DNA from: an uncultured Holosporaceae bacterium
Lineage (GTDB): Bacteria; Pseudomonadota; Alphaproteobacteria; UBA3830; CASESI01
DNA length: 64,000 nt
Assembly: GCA_949290705.1 (NCBI GenBank)
Contig: CASESI010000022.1
Location: 199,921-263,920 of the forward strand
Direction: 5' to 3'
Part shown: one piece after another, positions 1 through 9,712 of the stretch
How the letters are laid out: every line of letters begins with the position of its first letter
Position numbering within the stretch: position 1 is the stretch's first letter
The notes under the pieces: generated by a model
Told to the model about the DNA's origin: nothing
The model's input: the letters and a program-made list of their open reading frames with translations, nothing else
The model's database searches: none
Program-made: the position numbers and the translations under genes

Positions 1-153
1 GATAAACCTTTAAATTACGTAGGATACGTTGAAATATTTCACATTCCTTATTCACAAAATATAGAAAAAGTTTTTTCAAATTGGATGTTCACAGAAAACA
101 TTACAATTAATATGTTTGAACATCCTGTCTATGACGTAAAAATTATAAGATAG
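1..153 (+). CDS. 3' end of an unidentified CDS running in from upstream of the window
   Basis: Frame 1 is open from base 1 to TAG at 151-153 (...NMFEHPVYDVKIIR*). It is too short for me to assign a family. Confidence 0.35.
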   Translation, partial: DKPLNYVGYVEIFHIPYSQNIEKVFSNWMFTENITINMFEHPVYDVKIIR

Positions 154-630
154 CTATTTCTGTTTAGACATATAGCTTATCTTGGTTAACATTACATTCC
201 TGATTTTAATGTATTTATTTATTGTATAGAGTTTCTTTGCTAACAACACCCAAATTCTTTTTCTTAATTTTTCCCCCATACTTTTGGTAAAAGTTTTTTT
301 ATCCTCTAACAATAATCTTGCAGAATCAAAAGTATCACAAATAATCAAATCTAACAATTCAAATGCCTTCTTATTCAGAACTTTTACCTCTGCCTCTGTT
401 GAAACAAAAACCTCAACATCAAAAACCAACATGTTTGCGTAATCACTAAAAACGATTGGAATCTTCACCCTTTGCAAAACAAACTTCTTTAATTGGGATT
501 TATCTTTAGGAATATCTGTTACTATGCTCGTAATATTAGGAGAATTTTCTGTAGCCGTATCTTCTGCAAATAAACCTGTGCAATGTAAAAACAACAAGTA
601 TAAAAGAATTCTAATTATTTTCATCTTCAT
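154..630 (-). CDS. Hypothetical exported or membrane-anchored protein (weak FliL-like pattern, unverified)
   Basis: The track ORF is 154..696. I prefer Met23 (MKMKIIRILLYLLFLHCTGLFA, signal peptide or TM) because the long form overlaps nusB by 86 nt. The C-terminal half vaguely resembles FliL. Confidence 0.5.
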   Translation of the reverse strand: MKMKIIRILLYLLFLHCTGLFAEDTATENSPNITSIVTDIPKDKSQLKKFVLQRVKIPIVFSDYANMLVFDVEVFVSTEAEVKVLNKKAFELLDLIICDTFDSARLLLEDKKTFTKSMGEKLRKRIWVLLAKKLYTINKYIKIRNVMLTKISYMSKQK

Positions 631-1171
631 CTTTGCCACTCGATTTATTTTTTTGATGCTTAAGCTTTTTATTTTTCCTCTCTCCATAATGTTCATCTAT
701 TTTATTTAAAATTCCGTTCACAAAAGCCACATCTTTCTTTGCGCCATAAAAATATTTTGCAACTTCTATGTATTCATTAAAAACAACTTTATTAGGGGTT
801 TTAAGATACAGCATCTCGTAAACTCCCGCTCTTATTATGGATTTCAAAACCCTTTCTATTCTTTCAAAAGACCAATTCGCAGCAATAAATTCACAAATCT
901 TTGCATCAATATCTGCTAAATTTTCAAAAGTGCCTTTAACAATAATTTTGAACATTTCAGAATTAATCTTCAGAGTAGATAAATCAACATTATCCTTATC
1001 ATCTTTAACATCAACAGAATTTCTTTTTAGGTTCTCCTGATCATCAAACTCAACCAAAGAATTACGATCATTTATAAATTCATCTATTACATCGTCTACA
1101 TCCTTTTCTTCTATAAGCTCAATTTGATACAGCGCTTGGACAACAGCTATCCTCGTAACTCTTCTTTCCAT
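611..1171 (-). CDS. nusB: Transcription antitermination factor NusB
   Basis: 186 aa. The N-terminus MERRVTRIAVVQALYQIEL and the helical core are typical of NusB. It has an extra K/E/D-rich C-terminal tail. Confidence 0.9.
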   Translation of the reverse strand: MERRVTRIAVVQALYQIELIEEKDVDDVIDEFINDRNSLVEFDDQENLKRNSVDVKDDKDNVDLSTLKINSEMFKIIVKGTFENLADIDAKICEFIAANWSFERIERVLKSIIRAGVYEMLYLKTPNKVVFNEYIEVAKYFYGAKKDVAFVNGILNKIDEHYGERKNKKLKHQKNKSSGKDEDENN

Positions 1172-1294
1172 CTTAACTTTTCAAATAACTTTTAGTGCAG
1201 CTATTATACATTATTTGCCCTCCATAATCATAGAATATTACAAATAAAATATTACAAATCAGTGTATAATACGGATTAGTATAGAAATTTAAAC

Positions 1295-2350
1295 ATGCTA
1301 CAGACAATTATTCCCACAAAATTAATCGGGCCATTTAGAATTAACGGAACTTACGTCAATTCTGGTGAAAAAGTCTATGTACCATTATCAACATTTGAAA
1401 CACCTTTATGGTATTCTGTTTCAAGAGGGGCGAAAGTATCAGAAAACACCACAGATGGGATTTCGTGCATAATTGTAAACAACGTCATGACAAGATCAAT
1501 TTTAATGGAAGCAAACTCTTTATTGTTAGCCAATAAATTCATACACGAAATTTTACCAATTGAAATTGAAAACATTAAAACTATCGCTGAATCCACAAGC
1601 AAACATTTAAATTTCAAGAGCATATCTTCAAAGTTAATTGGAAGGAATATTTTTCTAAGAATTGAAATTTTTCCATCCGAAGCATCTGGACACAACATGG
1701 TAACAATCGCTTCTGATAAAGTTTTGCGTTACTTAACCGAGAAATATCACGACATTGTGAGATACGTATCTGTTTCTGGAAATTTATGCACTGATAAAAA
1801 ATCCTCCGCAATAAATTCCATATCTGGAAGGGGAAAATATGTAATCGCATCACTTATAATCCCTGAAGAAATCACAAATAAAATATTGAAAACTTCCAAC
1901 GAAAAAATTCACAATTTGAACATAAAGAAAAACTTGATAGGTTCAATCGCTGCGGGAAGTATAATGTCCGCCAATGCACACTTTGCAAATATGCTGTTGG
2001 CTTTTTACCTTGCATTTGGACAAGATGCTGCAAACATAGTTGAAGGATCAGAGGGATTAACAACTACTGAAATTCTGCCAAATGGAGATTTAGAGTTTTC
2101 TGTGACCTTACCAAACCTAATCCTTGGAACAATCGGCAATGGGAAACATCTGGATTTTGCACGAGAAAATATACGCACAATAGGCTGCATAAATGATGAC
2201 TTCTCTGCAAAAGAAAATGGATCCTTGCGTATGGCGGAAATCTGCGCTGCAACCGTATTATCTGGGGAATTATCCTTGATGGCTGCACTTACGAATGAAG
2301 GAGCTTTAACAAAAAGCCACATTCGCATAGAAAGAATCAATAAACATTAA
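1295..2350 (+). CDS. HMG-CoA reductase, minimal class I-like catalytic domain
   Basis: 351 aa. Motifs seen: VPLSTFET (cf. VPMATTEG), GHNM (cf. DAMGxN), SGNLCTDKK, AFGQDAAN, and TKSH near the C-terminus. This gives all four class I catalytic positions (E, K, D, H) by eye. Confidence 0.8.
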   Translation: MLQTIIPTKLIGPFRINGTYVNSGEKVYVPLSTFETPLWYSVSRGAKVSENTTDGISCIIVNNVMTRSILMEANSLLLANKFIHEILPIEIENIKTIAESTSKHLNFKSISSKLIGRNIFLRIEIFPSEASGHNMVTIASDKVLRYLTEKYHDIVRYVSVSGNLCTDKKSSAINSISGRGKYVIASLIIPEEITNKILKTSNEKIHNLNIKKNLIGSIAAGSIMSANAHFANMLLAFYLAFGQDAANIVEGSEGLTTTEILPNGDLEFSVTLPNLILGTIGNGKHLDFARENIRTIGCINDDFSAKENGSLRMAEICAATVLSGELSLMAALTNEGALTKSHIRIERINKH

Positions 2351-4452
2351 AGTATCTTTCTACGACCTATATGATCAGGAGGAGAGAGTACCCCTCGTTT
2401 TTCCATCAACTCTACAATTCTTGCCGCACGATTATAACCGATTTTCAGATTCCTTTGTATGAAACTTGTCGAGGCACGACCTTCTTTCAAAATCACCTCC
2501 AAAGCTTCATTATAAAGTGGATCTTCTTCATCGCCGGAATTATAAGCTCCATCAAAAACCCCATCTGCATCATCATCTGAATCCACCAAAATATCATTTA
2601 TATAATTTGGTTTTCCTTGTGCCTTCAGGAAGCTTACGACTCTCTCAACTTCATCATCTGAACAAAATGGACCGTGAACGCGAGTTATAAAACCACCCGT
2701 TGACATATAAAGCATATCTCCTTTACCCAGCAATTGTTCCGCCCCTTGTTCACCCAATACCGTCCGACTATCAATCTTTGATGTCACGTGAAAACTAATC
2801 CTTGTTGGGAAATTGGCCTTAATCGTGCCTGTAATAACATCAACAGAAGGTCTTTGTGTTGCCATTATTATATGAATCCCAGCTGCTCTCGCCATCTGCG
2901 CCAATCGTTGTATAGTAATCTCAATTTCCTTCCCAGCGACAAGCATCAAATCCGCCATCTCATCGACAATCACAACAATATATGGGAAAGTATCATTTTT
3001 TAAAATCTCTTTTTCAATAATAGGATTGCCGTTTGAATCAAAACCAGTCTGTACTTCTCTTGTTAATTCCTTACCTTTCTCCGTATTTTCTTTGACCTTT
3101 TCATTATAGTTTTGGATATTACGCACACCAAGCTTTGACATTGCCTGATATCTTCGCTCCATTTCACGCACAGCCCATTTCAATGCTGCAACGGCTTTTT
3201 TCGGATCGGTAACAACAGGTGTTAAAAGGTGAGGTATTCCTTCATAAACGGACAACTCCAACATTTTTGGATCAACCATTATGAACTTACATTCATCAGG
3301 CGAAGTTTTATAAAGAATCGACAAAATCATGGTATTGATTGCGACTGATTTTCCAGACCCTGTCGTTCCCGCAACCAATAAATGAGGCATTTGTGACAAA
3401 TCCACAACAACTGGATCTCCACCTATGTTTTTTCCAAGAATAATCCCAAGAGGATTTGCAAAATCTTTAAAAGTCTTTGATTCAAGCAATTCACGAATCA
3501 TAACCATTTCTCTCTCTTGATTTGGAATTTCTATTCCCAAAACATTACGCCCAGGAATAACCGCAATACGCACAGAAACCGCACTTAACGATCTTGCAAT
3601 ATCACCCGCTAAACTTATAACACGAGAAGATTTGATCCCTGGGGCAGGTTCAAATTCATACAAAGTCACAACAGGACCAACCTTGATATTTACAATCTGA
3701 CCTTTTATACCGAAATCCGTTAAGACCTGTTTCAGTTCCTCCAATTTACTGTTATTAAGCGTATATTTCGCCTTTTTCTCGTATGCAGCAAACAAACTTG
3801 TTGGAGGTAAAATATATCCCTTTTTCTTCTCACGCATAGGATCATTATGAGAAGATTTCATAACTTTCAATTTTTCAATTTTAGGAATGAAATTTTCCTT
3901 TATTACTTCATTTGCTTTCTTAGTTTCCAAAAAAATATTCCGAATAAAGTTAAATATTATATTAAATTCAAGTGCATAAACTGCCATCAAAAGACCAGAC
4001 ACCAAAAATATATAAAATAAAAATTTCTGCGGTATAAATGTAAAATTCCTTATGCAAAACAAATTTAAAACATACCCAAAAATTCCACTGTTCCCATCAA
4101 CATTTGCAATTGCAGAAGACAAGAGAATTACAGCAAAAATACTTGCAAAAAATCTTTTTATAAAACTGTTGAATTTCATACCTATAATGAGTTTTACACC
4201 AAACATCATAAAAATAAACATCAACAAATAACTTGCACTTCCGAAATTCTGCAGCAAAATATCTGCCACAACATACATCGGGAAAAGTGTATCATCATCA
4301 AAATTCGACACTGTACTGAACGATGCATTGAAACAAGAATAATTTACAACCCCTAGTACTGAAAAACCAAGCGCAATCACTACAAGAATTCCTGTAATAA
4401 TTCTCACATTTCTCTTAAAATCCTCTATAATATATTCAGAAATTATCTTCAT
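2347..4452 (-). CDS. ftsK: DNA translocase FtsK
   Basis: 701 aa. It has an N-terminal multi-TM region, Walker A GTTGSGKSV, Walker B IVVIVDEMADLM and a C-terminal winged-helix gamma domain (SFIQRNLKIGYNRAARIVELMEKRGV). Confidence 0.95.
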   Translation of the reverse strand: MKIISEYIIEDFKRNVRIITGILVVIALGFSVLGVVNYSCFNASFSTVSNFDDDTLFPMYVVADILLQNFGSASYLLMFIFMMFGVKLIIGMKFNSFIKRFFASIFAVILLSSAIANVDGNSGIFGYVLNLFCIRNFTFIPQKFLFYIFLVSGLLMAVYALEFNIIFNFIRNIFLETKKANEVIKENFIPKIEKLKVMKSSHNDPMREKKKGYILPPTSLFAAYEKKAKYTLNNSKLEELKQVLTDFGIKGQIVNIKVGPVVTLYEFEPAPGIKSSRVISLAGDIARSLSAVSVRIAVIPGRNVLGIEIPNQEREMVMIRELLESKTFKDFANPLGIILGKNIGGDPVVVDLSQMPHLLVAGTTGSGKSVAINTMILSILYKTSPDECKFIMVDPKMLELSVYEGIPHLLTPVVTDPKKAVAALKWAVREMERRYQAMSKLGVRNIQNYNEKVKENTEKGKELTREVQTGFDSNGNPIIEKEILKNDTFPYIVVIVDEMADLMLVAGKEIEITIQRLAQMARAAGIHIIMATQRPSVDVITGTIKANFPTRISFHVTSKIDSRTVLGEQGAEQLLGKGDMLYMSTGGFITRVHGPFCSDDEVERVVSFLKAQGKPNYINDILVDSDDDADGVFDGAYNSGDEEDPLYNEALEVILKEGRASTSFIQRNLKIGYNRAARIVELMEKRGVLSPPDHIGRRKIL

Positions 4453-5307
4453 ATGCTTAAGACCATTATAAAAGAATTTTCAAAACTAGTTAACGAAAAT
4501 TCCAATTTCATATTAAAAATTTTCATTGCAAAAATCATTAACAAACCAATCGAGCAGATCTTCTTTGAAAACCTTAATTTATCAAGCACAGAAATTGACA
4601 CACTTAAAAAATATATAGATGAATATTTAGCTGGAAAACCTGTCTCGAAAATCATACACGAATCTTGTTTTTATGGTTACAACTTTTATGTAAATGAAGA
4701 TGTTCTTGACCCAAGGATGGATACAGAAATCCTTGTCGATGCTGTCATTCACGATTTTAAAAATCATACGGCACCATTAACTATCCTTGACATTTGTACA
4801 GGAAGTGGTGTCATACTTTTAACATTGCTGAAAGAATTACCAAATTCTTCTGGGATAGGTCTTGATATAAGCGATAAAGCTTTATATGTTGCGAAGAAAA
4901 ACTGTAATAATTTAAACCTCTCAAAACGTGCTAATTTCATCCAATCCGATTTCTGTAACGCAATCAATAATGAAAAATATTTCTCTAAATTCGACATAAT
5001 TGTTTCAAATCCTCCATACGTTAAAACCAAAGATATCCAGAATCTTGATAAAAGCGTTATAAATTATGACCCATTAATAGCTCTCGACGGAGGGAAAAAC
5101 GGAACAGATGCCTATCTTCGCATTTTAGGTGAAATCGGACAATTATTAACGCCCAATGGAAAAGTGTATTTTGAAATAGGGTACGATATTCTCGATGACG
5201 TCAAACAAATTGTAAGCGAATCGGAATTCTCTCTGCAAAAAATAATTAAAGATTTACACAATATCGACAGGGTACTTGTATTAAATAAAAAATCTTTAAA
5301 GAATTGA
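4453..5307 (+). CDS. prmC: Release-factor glutamine N5-methyltransferase PrmC/HemK
   Basis: 284 aa. It has the SAM-binding ILDICTGSG and the NPPY motif (IVSNPPYV). Confidence 0.9.
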   Translation: MLKTIIKEFSKLVNENSNFILKIFIAKIINKPIEQIFFENLNLSSTEIDTLKKYIDEYLAGKPVSKIIHESCFYGYNFYVNEDVLDPRMDTEILVDAVIHDFKNHTAPLTILDICTGSGVILLTLLKELPNSSGIGLDISDKALYVAKKNCNNLNLSKRANFIQSDFCNAINNEKYFSKFDIIVSNPPYVKTKDIQNLDKSVINYDPLIALDGGKNGTDAYLRILGEIGQLLTPNGKVYFEIGYDILDDVKQIVSESEFSLQKIIKDLHNIDRVLVLNKKSLKN

Positions 5308-5346
5308 ATAATTACATAATTTTGGTATAATGTTGCCCATACTAGT

Positions 5347-7806
5347 ATGACAGAAAAAAAGAAATTAACTTTATCTAAAACATTAAGCGCTGATGTTCTT
5401 AAAAAAGCACAATCTAAGTTTGATCAGAATAGATCGAAAACCGTTACATTCGAGGTAAAAGGAAAAAGGCAAGCTTACGGCCCTCAAAAAATCGATGATG
5501 CTCGAGGGGAAAAATTAACCGATAAAGAGTTGTCTTTAAGGATGGATGCAATCAAAAGTATTCTGAAAGAGGAAAATACTCAAAAACCTGAGCCTCAAAC
5601 ATCTCTTCGAGATACGGAAATTATTGCGAATAAAAATCAGTCTTCTGATATAAAAAATACCGAATCTCTAATGCAAGAGCCTGTTGAATCCGGCGTAGCT
5701 TCCGTTCCAAGTGTGGAAAGCAAACAACCTGTCAGAGATTCGTTTTATGACGTTAAAAAAGTACGTGGTACTGCAAAAAAAACAACGGAACCAAAATATA
5801 CACCATTTAGCAAACCAACTGATAAAGTTTCTTCTGTCGATCCAAAGGCGAAAGCTCCTGTTAACAACAAAACTTCTGACAAACAAAAAATCGATGTTGG
5901 AACATTAAAAAGGCAGGGAAAAATGGCGTTCTCTTCTGCTGTTGATGAGCGTCGTGAAAAGATTAAAAATCTCAGTGATAAAAAAAATCAAAAGAAAAAA
6001 CCATTCCAAAAGCATAATCAAAATTCTTTTGTTGTCAGAGAGGTTGAGGTAAGTGACGTTATTACCGTGCATGATCTCGCAAACCAAATGGCCGTTAAAA
6101 CCACGGATGTTATTAAACTTTTGCTGAACCTTGGGATGAGTGTCACGATTAACCAAAGTATTGATGCTGAAACGGCTGAAATTGTTATCGCAGAGTTTGG
6201 GCACAAATTAAAAAGATCCGCAAATATCAAACTGATAGAGGAAATTGAAAACCTCAAAGTCATCGATGATGATGGTTCATTGCAGGAAAAACCTCCTGTT
6301 GTGACCGTTATGGGACATGTTGATCACGGAAAAACCTCCCTCCTTGATACATTCAGGAAGAGTGATGTTGTTGCAAGCGAGTTTGGTGGAATTACACAAA
6401 AAATCGGTGCTTATCAAGTCACTTTGAAAAACGGAAAGAAGATTACCTTCATCGATACCCCTGGTCACGAGGCTTTCACTGCTATGCGGTCGAGAGGTGC
6501 GGACGTTACGAATATCGTGGTGTTGGTCGTTGCGGCTGATGATGGAATTAAACCTCAAACGATCGAGGCGATCAACCATGCGAAAGCTGCAAAAGTGCCA
6601 CTTATCGTTGCAATCAACAAAATTGATAAACCTGGCGTTGATCCGAATAAAATCCGTCAAGAATTGCTTCAATATGATGTAGCGGTCGAAAGTTACGGCG
6701 GTGATATTCTTGATGCCGAGGTCTCTGCAAAAACTCGTCAGGGAATTGAAAGACTTGAAGAATTGATTTTGCTTCAGGCTGAGATGTTAAATTTGAAGGC
6801 TAACCCAAACAGAAGCGCAGAGGGTAACATAATCGAGGCGAAATTGCAAAGGGGACTTGGTACAATCGCAACTGTTCTTGTGAAAAATGGAACCTTACAC
6901 AAAGGGGATTTTTTCGTTGCCGGAAAGGTCTTCGGAAAGGTGAAGTCCATGATGAACGACAAGGGTGAAATTGTCGATGCTGCCACACCTGGAATGCCTG
7001 TCGAGGTGATTGGATTTGAAAAATCTCCTATGCCTGGCGACGATTTCGTCGTGTTCGCGGATGAAAGCAAAGCAAAGGAAATCGCAAATCTCCGTGACAT
7101 AAAATATCGTGAGTCACTGAATGCCGTAAGTGCGAAAAAATTGCACGATGATGCGTTTGCAAAGGTGGAAGACAGTGAAATCAAGAATATCGACATTATC
7201 TTGAAAGCTGATATGCACGGTTCGATCGAGGCAATAAAGCACTCTATCGGAAAACTTGCGAATGACGAGGTTACCGTGTCTGTCATCCATTCTGGAATTG
7301 GTGAAATCACGGAAAACGATATCGTCCTTGCAAAAGCTTCCAAGGCAATCGTTATCGGGTTCAATGTCCGCGCAAACTCAAAGGTCAGGACAAAGGCAAA
7401 AACCGAATCTGTTGAGATTTCCTATTACTCTATCATTTACGATGTCATCGATTATATCACGTCAATGGTCGAGGGTATGCTGTCACCTGAGGTTACCGAA
7501 GAGGTGCTTGGATATGCCGAAGTAAAGCAAGTATTTACAATCACAAAGGTCGGTAAAATCGCTGGCTCCTTGGTAAAAGATGGCATTATAAAACGCGATG
7601 CATTTGCTCGTGTGATAAGGGACAACACTGTCATTTATAAAGAATGCCAAATCAAATCCTTGCGTAAGGTAAAGGAAGATGTTAAGGAGGTCAAGAACGG
7701 CCTTGAATGCGGTATTGGCCTATCTATCCAAGATGTCCAAGAAGGCGATATCATCGAGTGCTTTGATAAAAAAGAGACCAAGAAAAAATTGGTAATTAAT
7801 AATTAA
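5347..7806 (+). CDS. infB: Translation initiation factor IF-2
   Basis: 819 aa. G-domain motifs VMGHVDHGKTSLLD, DTPGHEAF and NKID are present, with a long K/S/P-rich N-terminal region. Confidence 0.97.
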   Translation: MTEKKKLTLSKTLSADVLKKAQSKFDQNRSKTVTFEVKGKRQAYGPQKIDDARGEKLTDKELSLRMDAIKSILKEENTQKPEPQTSLRDTEIIANKNQSSDIKNTESLMQEPVESGVASVPSVESKQPVRDSFYDVKKVRGTAKKTTEPKYTPFSKPTDKVSSVDPKAKAPVNNKTSDKQKIDVGTLKRQGKMAFSSAVDERREKIKNLSDKKNQKKKPFQKHNQNSFVVREVEVSDVITVHDLANQMAVKTTDVIKLLLNLGMSVTINQSIDAETAEIVIAEFGHKLKRSANIKLIEEIENLKVIDDDGSLQEKPPVVTVMGHVDHGKTSLLDTFRKSDVVASEFGGITQKIGAYQVTLKNGKKITFIDTPGHEAFTAMRSRGADVTNIVVLVVAADDGIKPQTIEAINHAKAAKVPLIVAINKIDKPGVDPNKIRQELLQYDVAVESYGGDILDAEVSAKTRQGIERLEELILLQAEMLNLKANPNRSAEGNIIEAKLQRGLGTIATVLVKNGTLHKGDFFVAGKVFGKVKSMMNDKGEIVDAATPGMPVEVIGFEKSPMPGDDFVVFADESKAKEIANLRDIKYRESLNAVSAKKLHDDAFAKVEDSEIKNIDIILKADMHGSIEAIKHSIGKLANDEVTVSVIHSGIGEITENDIVLAKASKAIVIGFNVRANSKVRTKAKTESVEISYYSIIYDVIDYITSMVEGMLSPEVTEEVLGYAEVKQVFTITKVGKIAGSLVKDGIIKRDAFARVIRDNTVIYKECQIKSLRKVKEDVKEVKNGLECGIGLSIQDVQEGDIIECFDKKETKKKLVINN

Positions 7807-8708
7807 CCCTTATATCGCTCTGCAACTTTTTCCTGGTATTTTACAACTTGCTCAAGGATTTTTTCCTGTAATAACTTCCTTCCGTCGTGAGTAGTGTATT
7901 CATCGATCGTGTCTTTTGTGTATTCTCCACTTTGAGTAAGTTTATTTTGTAGTAATGTTTCTATTTTCAATATTAAATCTTGATCTGAAATAGATAAAAG
8001 AGCACTTATATTAACCAGAATCGGTTTTCCGCTCAATACTACAGTTCCTTTATTTGTTAATTGCGAAGCAACAATTGCAAAGTTACGATACAGAGTCATA
8101 ATTTTTGCAATCAAAGCAACCATTTTATTAACAGCCTTAATATGGCTCACTTGTACATCCGGGACATTTTCTCTCAAAACATTATCAATTATCATATTAC
8201 AAAAATCTGAAACACTACCATTGTTTGAAACCGTGTAGCAATTACCTGCAAAACCACTTAATTTCTCATAAAAAAGTTGGAGTATTTTATAATTCAAAAT
8301 TTCAATAGCGATATCTCGCCTTAGCTCAGTATTTTTAATATTTTTAAAATACTCACCAAATAATTCAGTGAGTGATTTGCCAGTAACAAGAATTCTGTTC
8401 GCATTTCCTCTTAAAAATACATCTATCAATGCACCATATTTTTTGATTTGCCTGTCGTTTTTACATTGCATTAAAACATCTTTGATTCTTTTATTCAATC
8501 TTGGAACTTCTATATTGTTGCTCATAAAAGCGTAATAATTGTATTGATCCATACTTTTTCTTTTCAATGAATCACGCAATTTATCCGCAATCTGGGAAAA
8601 TCTATTAGAAAGGCTTATTATTGTATTTTCATTTTGTTTTGTGCGAGCATTAACATCTATATTGAAAATCATGCTGCTTATAAATATTGCTCTGATTATT
8701 TTTTTCAT
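7803..8708 (-). CDS. Hypothetical secreted protein
   Basis: 301 aa. The N-terminus MKKIIRAIFISSMIFNIDVNA looks like a signal peptide. No family recognised. Confidence 0.6.
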   Translation of the reverse strand: MKKIIRAIFISSMIFNIDVNARTKQNENTIISLSNRFSQIADKLRDSLKRKSMDQYNYYAFMSNNIEVPRLNKRIKDVLMQCKNDRQIKKYGALIDVFLRGNANRILVTGKSLTELFGEYFKNIKNTELRRDIAIEILNYKILQLFYEKLSGFAGNCYTVSNNGSVSDFCNMIIDNVLRENVPDVQVSHIKAVNKMVALIAKIMTLYRNFAIVASQLTNKGTVVLSGKPILVNISALLSISDQDLILKIETLLQNKLTQSGEYTKDTIDEYTTHDGRKLLQEKILEQVVKYQEKVAERYKG

Positions 8709-8819
8709 ATAAATACCCCTTATAGATATTTATATCATGTAAATAGTTAATTTATCCTTAACAAAAATTAAAAAATTTGGTTTTTAATAATAGATATTAA
8801 TCATGTGTAAATGTAGAGA

Positions 8820-9539
8820 CTAAAGGGCTCTACTCCTTTGCTGGGGGAGGTCCTCTTCGATATTATCTGGTTCTTTCAAGACATAACCTCTTCCCCAAAC
8901 TGTTTCGATGTAATTTTCTCCATCAAGATACTTCATCAATTTCTTACGTAGTTTGCAAACAAACACATCGATAATTTTAATTTCTGGTTCATCAAGTCCG
9001 CCATACAAATGGTTCAAGAACATCTCTTTTGTAAGTGTTGCACCTTTTCTTAACGCTAATAATTCTACGATTGCATATTCCTTGCCAGTTAAATTCAAAG
9101 GCTTATTATCAATAGCAACAGTCTGAGTATTCAAGTTGATTGTCATACGTCCAACCTTAATCACGGCTTCCGAATGGCCTTTGTTACGTCTTACAATAGC
9201 CTGTATGCGTGCTACGAGTTCATTACTATTGAAAGGCTTCGTCAAGTAATCATCAGCACCTATATCCAAACATTTAACTTTATCACATGATTCATAAAGT
9301 CCAGAGAGAACCAAAACAGGAGTTTTAATATTAGAAGCTCTCAAACGCTTTAACACATCAAAACCATCTATATCTGGCAAAATAATATCCAATATAATTA
9401 AATCATAATCATAAAGTTTACCAATTTCAACTCCATCTTGGCCTAAATCAGTAGCATCAACAATAAAACCTTCTCTGTGTAAGATATTTTGGACTGTTTT
9501 GATTTGATCGTTGTCGTCCTCTATTAATAGTATTCTCAT
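8820..9539 (-). CDS. ctrA: Cell-cycle response regulator CtrA (OmpR family)
   Basis: 239 aa. It is near-colinear, from memory, with Caulobacter CtrA: [64 protein letters not shown] and [12 protein letters not shown]. The phospho-Asp is intact (LDIILP). Confidence 0.9.
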   Translation of the reverse strand: MRILLIEDDNDQIKTVQNILHREGFIVDATDLGQDGVEIGKLYDYDLIILDIILPDIDGFDVLKRLRASNIKTPVLVLSGLYESCDKVKCLDIGADDYLTKPFNSNELVARIQAIVRRNKGHSEAVIKVGRMTINLNTQTVAIDNKPLNLTGKEYAIVELLALRKGATLTKEMFLNHLYGGLDEPEIKIIDVFVCKLRKKLMKYLDGENYIETVWGRGYVLKEPDNIEEDLPQQRSRAL

Positions 9540-9633
9540 AGCACACCTTTTAAAAACACTTACAAGATAAATCCAAGTTTACTAAAAATTTATTAAAAAC
9601 AAAAAAAAATTATTATTTTTTATTTTTAATTCA

Positions 9634-9648
9634 TTAATATTTTGTTAA
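9634..9648. promoter_or_regulatory. CtrA-box-like motif TTAA-N7-TTAA upstream of ctrA
   Basis: TTAA (9634-9637), tattttg, TTAA (9645-9648) lies about 95-110 nt upstream of the ctrA ATG. The AT-rich background makes a chance match plausible. Confidence 0.3.
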
Positions 9649-9712
9649 CTTTTGTGTGATTTAAAACACTATTTCGGAAAAACAAAAAAGAAATACGAAA
9701 AAGAAAATTGAA

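Noticed and set aside
6774-7364. 196-aa ORF antisense to infB
   Set aside because: It lies entirely inside the well-supported IF-2 gene on the opposite strand. The sequence is low-complexity (S/I/F/A-rich), with no start context or family resemblance. This is a typical shadow ORF.
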